Shown here: positions 62,040-64,000 of the stretch, piece by piece
How positions within the stretch are numbered: position 1 is the stretch's first letter
Layout: every line of letters starts with the position of its first letter
Assembly (NCBI GenBank): GCA_043228905.1
Contig: JBHGNT010000002.1
Coordinates: forward strand, 23,932,001-23,996,000
Length of the DNA stretch: 64,000 nucleotides
Source: Azolla caroliniana
Lineage: Eukaryota > Plantae > Polypodiophyta
Direction of reading: 5' to 3'
The notes under the pieces: generated by a model
Seen by the model: the letters and a program-made list of their open reading frames with translations, nothing else
What the model was told of the DNA's origin: nothing
The model's database searches: none
Translations under genes and position numbers: made by a program

Positions 62040-64000
62040 TGTAAGAAAAGTTTAGAACATAATGGGTTGGATTGACAACATAGAACGAGAGAGAGTTTTC
62101 GAAGAATGTAGAACAAGGTAAGATATTATATTAAGACAGGTGTATTACAATGTAAGAACCTACAGGAAACTCTAGATGTAGTATCACACACATTTCTAAA
62201 CAATACTTCATACATATATATATACAAAGAAGTAACAACTAGCCGTTACTTCTTTGTAACTCTTGTTTTGTCTTTTCCTTATTGTCTTTTGTAACTCATA
62301 TTTTGTCTTTATCCTCATAACTCATGTTTTATCATTTGTGGTGTAAACAGGTAATCTTAACACCCCCCCGTAGATGTGACACCACCAACTCATCTATTTG
62401 GATGAATACTTAATCCAATATGGTGGTAGCAATTCCAATGTTTTGCGTTGGGTACTGGCTTGGTAAGAAAATCAGCCCACATAGTTTGTGTTGAAGTATG
62501 TCCAATCGAGAGGTTAGATTCTTCAAGAAGTTCTGAGATGAAGTGATGTCGTGCGCGGATATGCTTGTTTTGCTCTATGATCTTGGGCTCCTTAGTGATT
62601 TTGATGCAGGATTGGTTGTCACACCATAACTTGAATTCAAAAATTTTGAGGATGGCAAGTTCATCAATGATGGACTTCAACCATAATCCTTCCTTAGTAG
62701 TGAGAGTAGTTGCTATATATTTTGCTTCAATGGAAGAGAGGGCGACAATAGCTTGTTTCTTTGTTCTCCATGAAATGGCACCACCTGCAAATAGGAATAC
62801 ATAGCTAGAGGTGGATCGAGAGGTATCCTTGTCCCCCCCCAATCTGCATCCGTCCAACCATGTAGTGGTGTTGATAGCCAGCCTTGGATATTTGAATGTT
62901 GGGCTTTAGAGTATGATGTGTAAGTAGGTGTCATATCCCTTGTGTACTTCAAATACCGTAATACTCTTTTAAGTGCTTTCCAATGGTTAACTCCTAGATT
63001 CTCCATGAATCTTTATAGGTACCCAGTGGCAAAAGATAAGTCGGTTCGAGTGCAGCTGACGAGGTATCGAATGCGCCCCAACACTTGGCGATACAGGATA
63101 TTCTTCATAAAGTAAGTTGCTTCAATTGTATGTGTGAATCTTCAGATGATAATTTGCATGGTACTGCGAGGTGAGTGGAGATTGGAGAACACTCAAACAT
63201 ATCAAACTTGGTTAGTATATTATCAACAGAGTTCGATTCCTTTTTACATGAATCCCAAGAAAATATTCTAGTGGCCCAAGATGTTTGATTGGGAATTGTT
63301 GTCGTAACTCTACAATAAATTCCATTACCAAGTCTTCTGATGTCCCAACAATAGGTAAATCATCCACATAGACTCCCAAGAGTAAGAATTCTATTTTTGT
63401 TTTCTTTATGTATATATTACGTTCCGATTGAAGTTGTTGAAATTTGATTGATAAGAGGAACCTATGAAACTTGGCATACTATTGTCTACGGGATTGTTTT
63501 AGGCCACGGTACTAATGTCCATGTGTGATTCTTTTGGAGTGCTAAGAATTCAGATTTAATTGCCGCAACCCAATTGTCTTTTTCTTTACTTTTTTTAATG
63601 CTTGCTTGAAGGTGAGAATTGGAGTTGTGTCGTAGTTGTCTCCTTCGATGATGGCTGCAAAGATGGATATGTCGGACTCCGTCTCTGTTACGAAGTGACA
63701 TGTTGACTTTTCAAGCACCTCATCCTTAGTTGCATCATAGATATCACTAAGTAACCTTACCTTAGTCTTTTTAGCCCTAATTTCTTTTTCTTTTAAGGTT
63801 GTTTTGGAGAGGTTGCAGGTTTTTAGGCGGGCGAGATCCATATTCTCACATGGAGGATGCACAGGGTTGAATGTGGTCGCCAGTCATATGCTCAGGTTCA
63901 AGGCTTCAAGTAATATATTGGGCAGTGGATTGATTGTTGCTTTCGAGGCTTCGGTCATACACTTTTTCACCTTTGGGGCTTTGAGCATCAGATTGGCGAA
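62040..64000 (-). mobile_element. Ty1/copia element (copia-5, a different AT-rich lineage), 3' part
   Basis: 3' LTR 62040-62362 (tgtaag...cttaaca); poly-G PPT 62363-62369; [33 protein letters not shown]; RT start WVAAIKSEFLALQKNHTWTLV followed by an internal deletion. Confidence 0.9.

Overview
Eukaryotic plant nuclear DNA, probably from a seed-free plant such as a fern (inferred from the retrotransposon types and the secretory PPOs; not verifiable here). There are three intact host genes between ~14.9 and 28.4 kb. Two are intronless, signal-peptide-bearing polyphenol oxidase (PPO) paralogues in convergent orientation; they flank a type I membrane Ser/Pro-rich extensin-like protein. The rest is mostly decayed retroelements: a Ty1/copia at 1-5391, LINE fragments, tRNA-derived SINE-like units, a CACTA-like relic, and a deeply nested pile from ~31 kb to the end (chromovirus, three related copia elements, a tRNA-Trp-primed Ty3/gypsy with a 4-bp TSD, solo LTRs, and an unrelated copia at the right edge). 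Most notable observations: a tRNA-like Pol III cassette inside both LTRs of the gypsy; a conserved hairpin holding the PPT/LTR junction in its loop plus a duplicated PPT/U3 relic in one copia family; a ~4-kb inverted duplication centred on a 100-N gap; and a duplicated PPO 3' flank that predicts a third PPO beyond the window. All alignments were done by eye.
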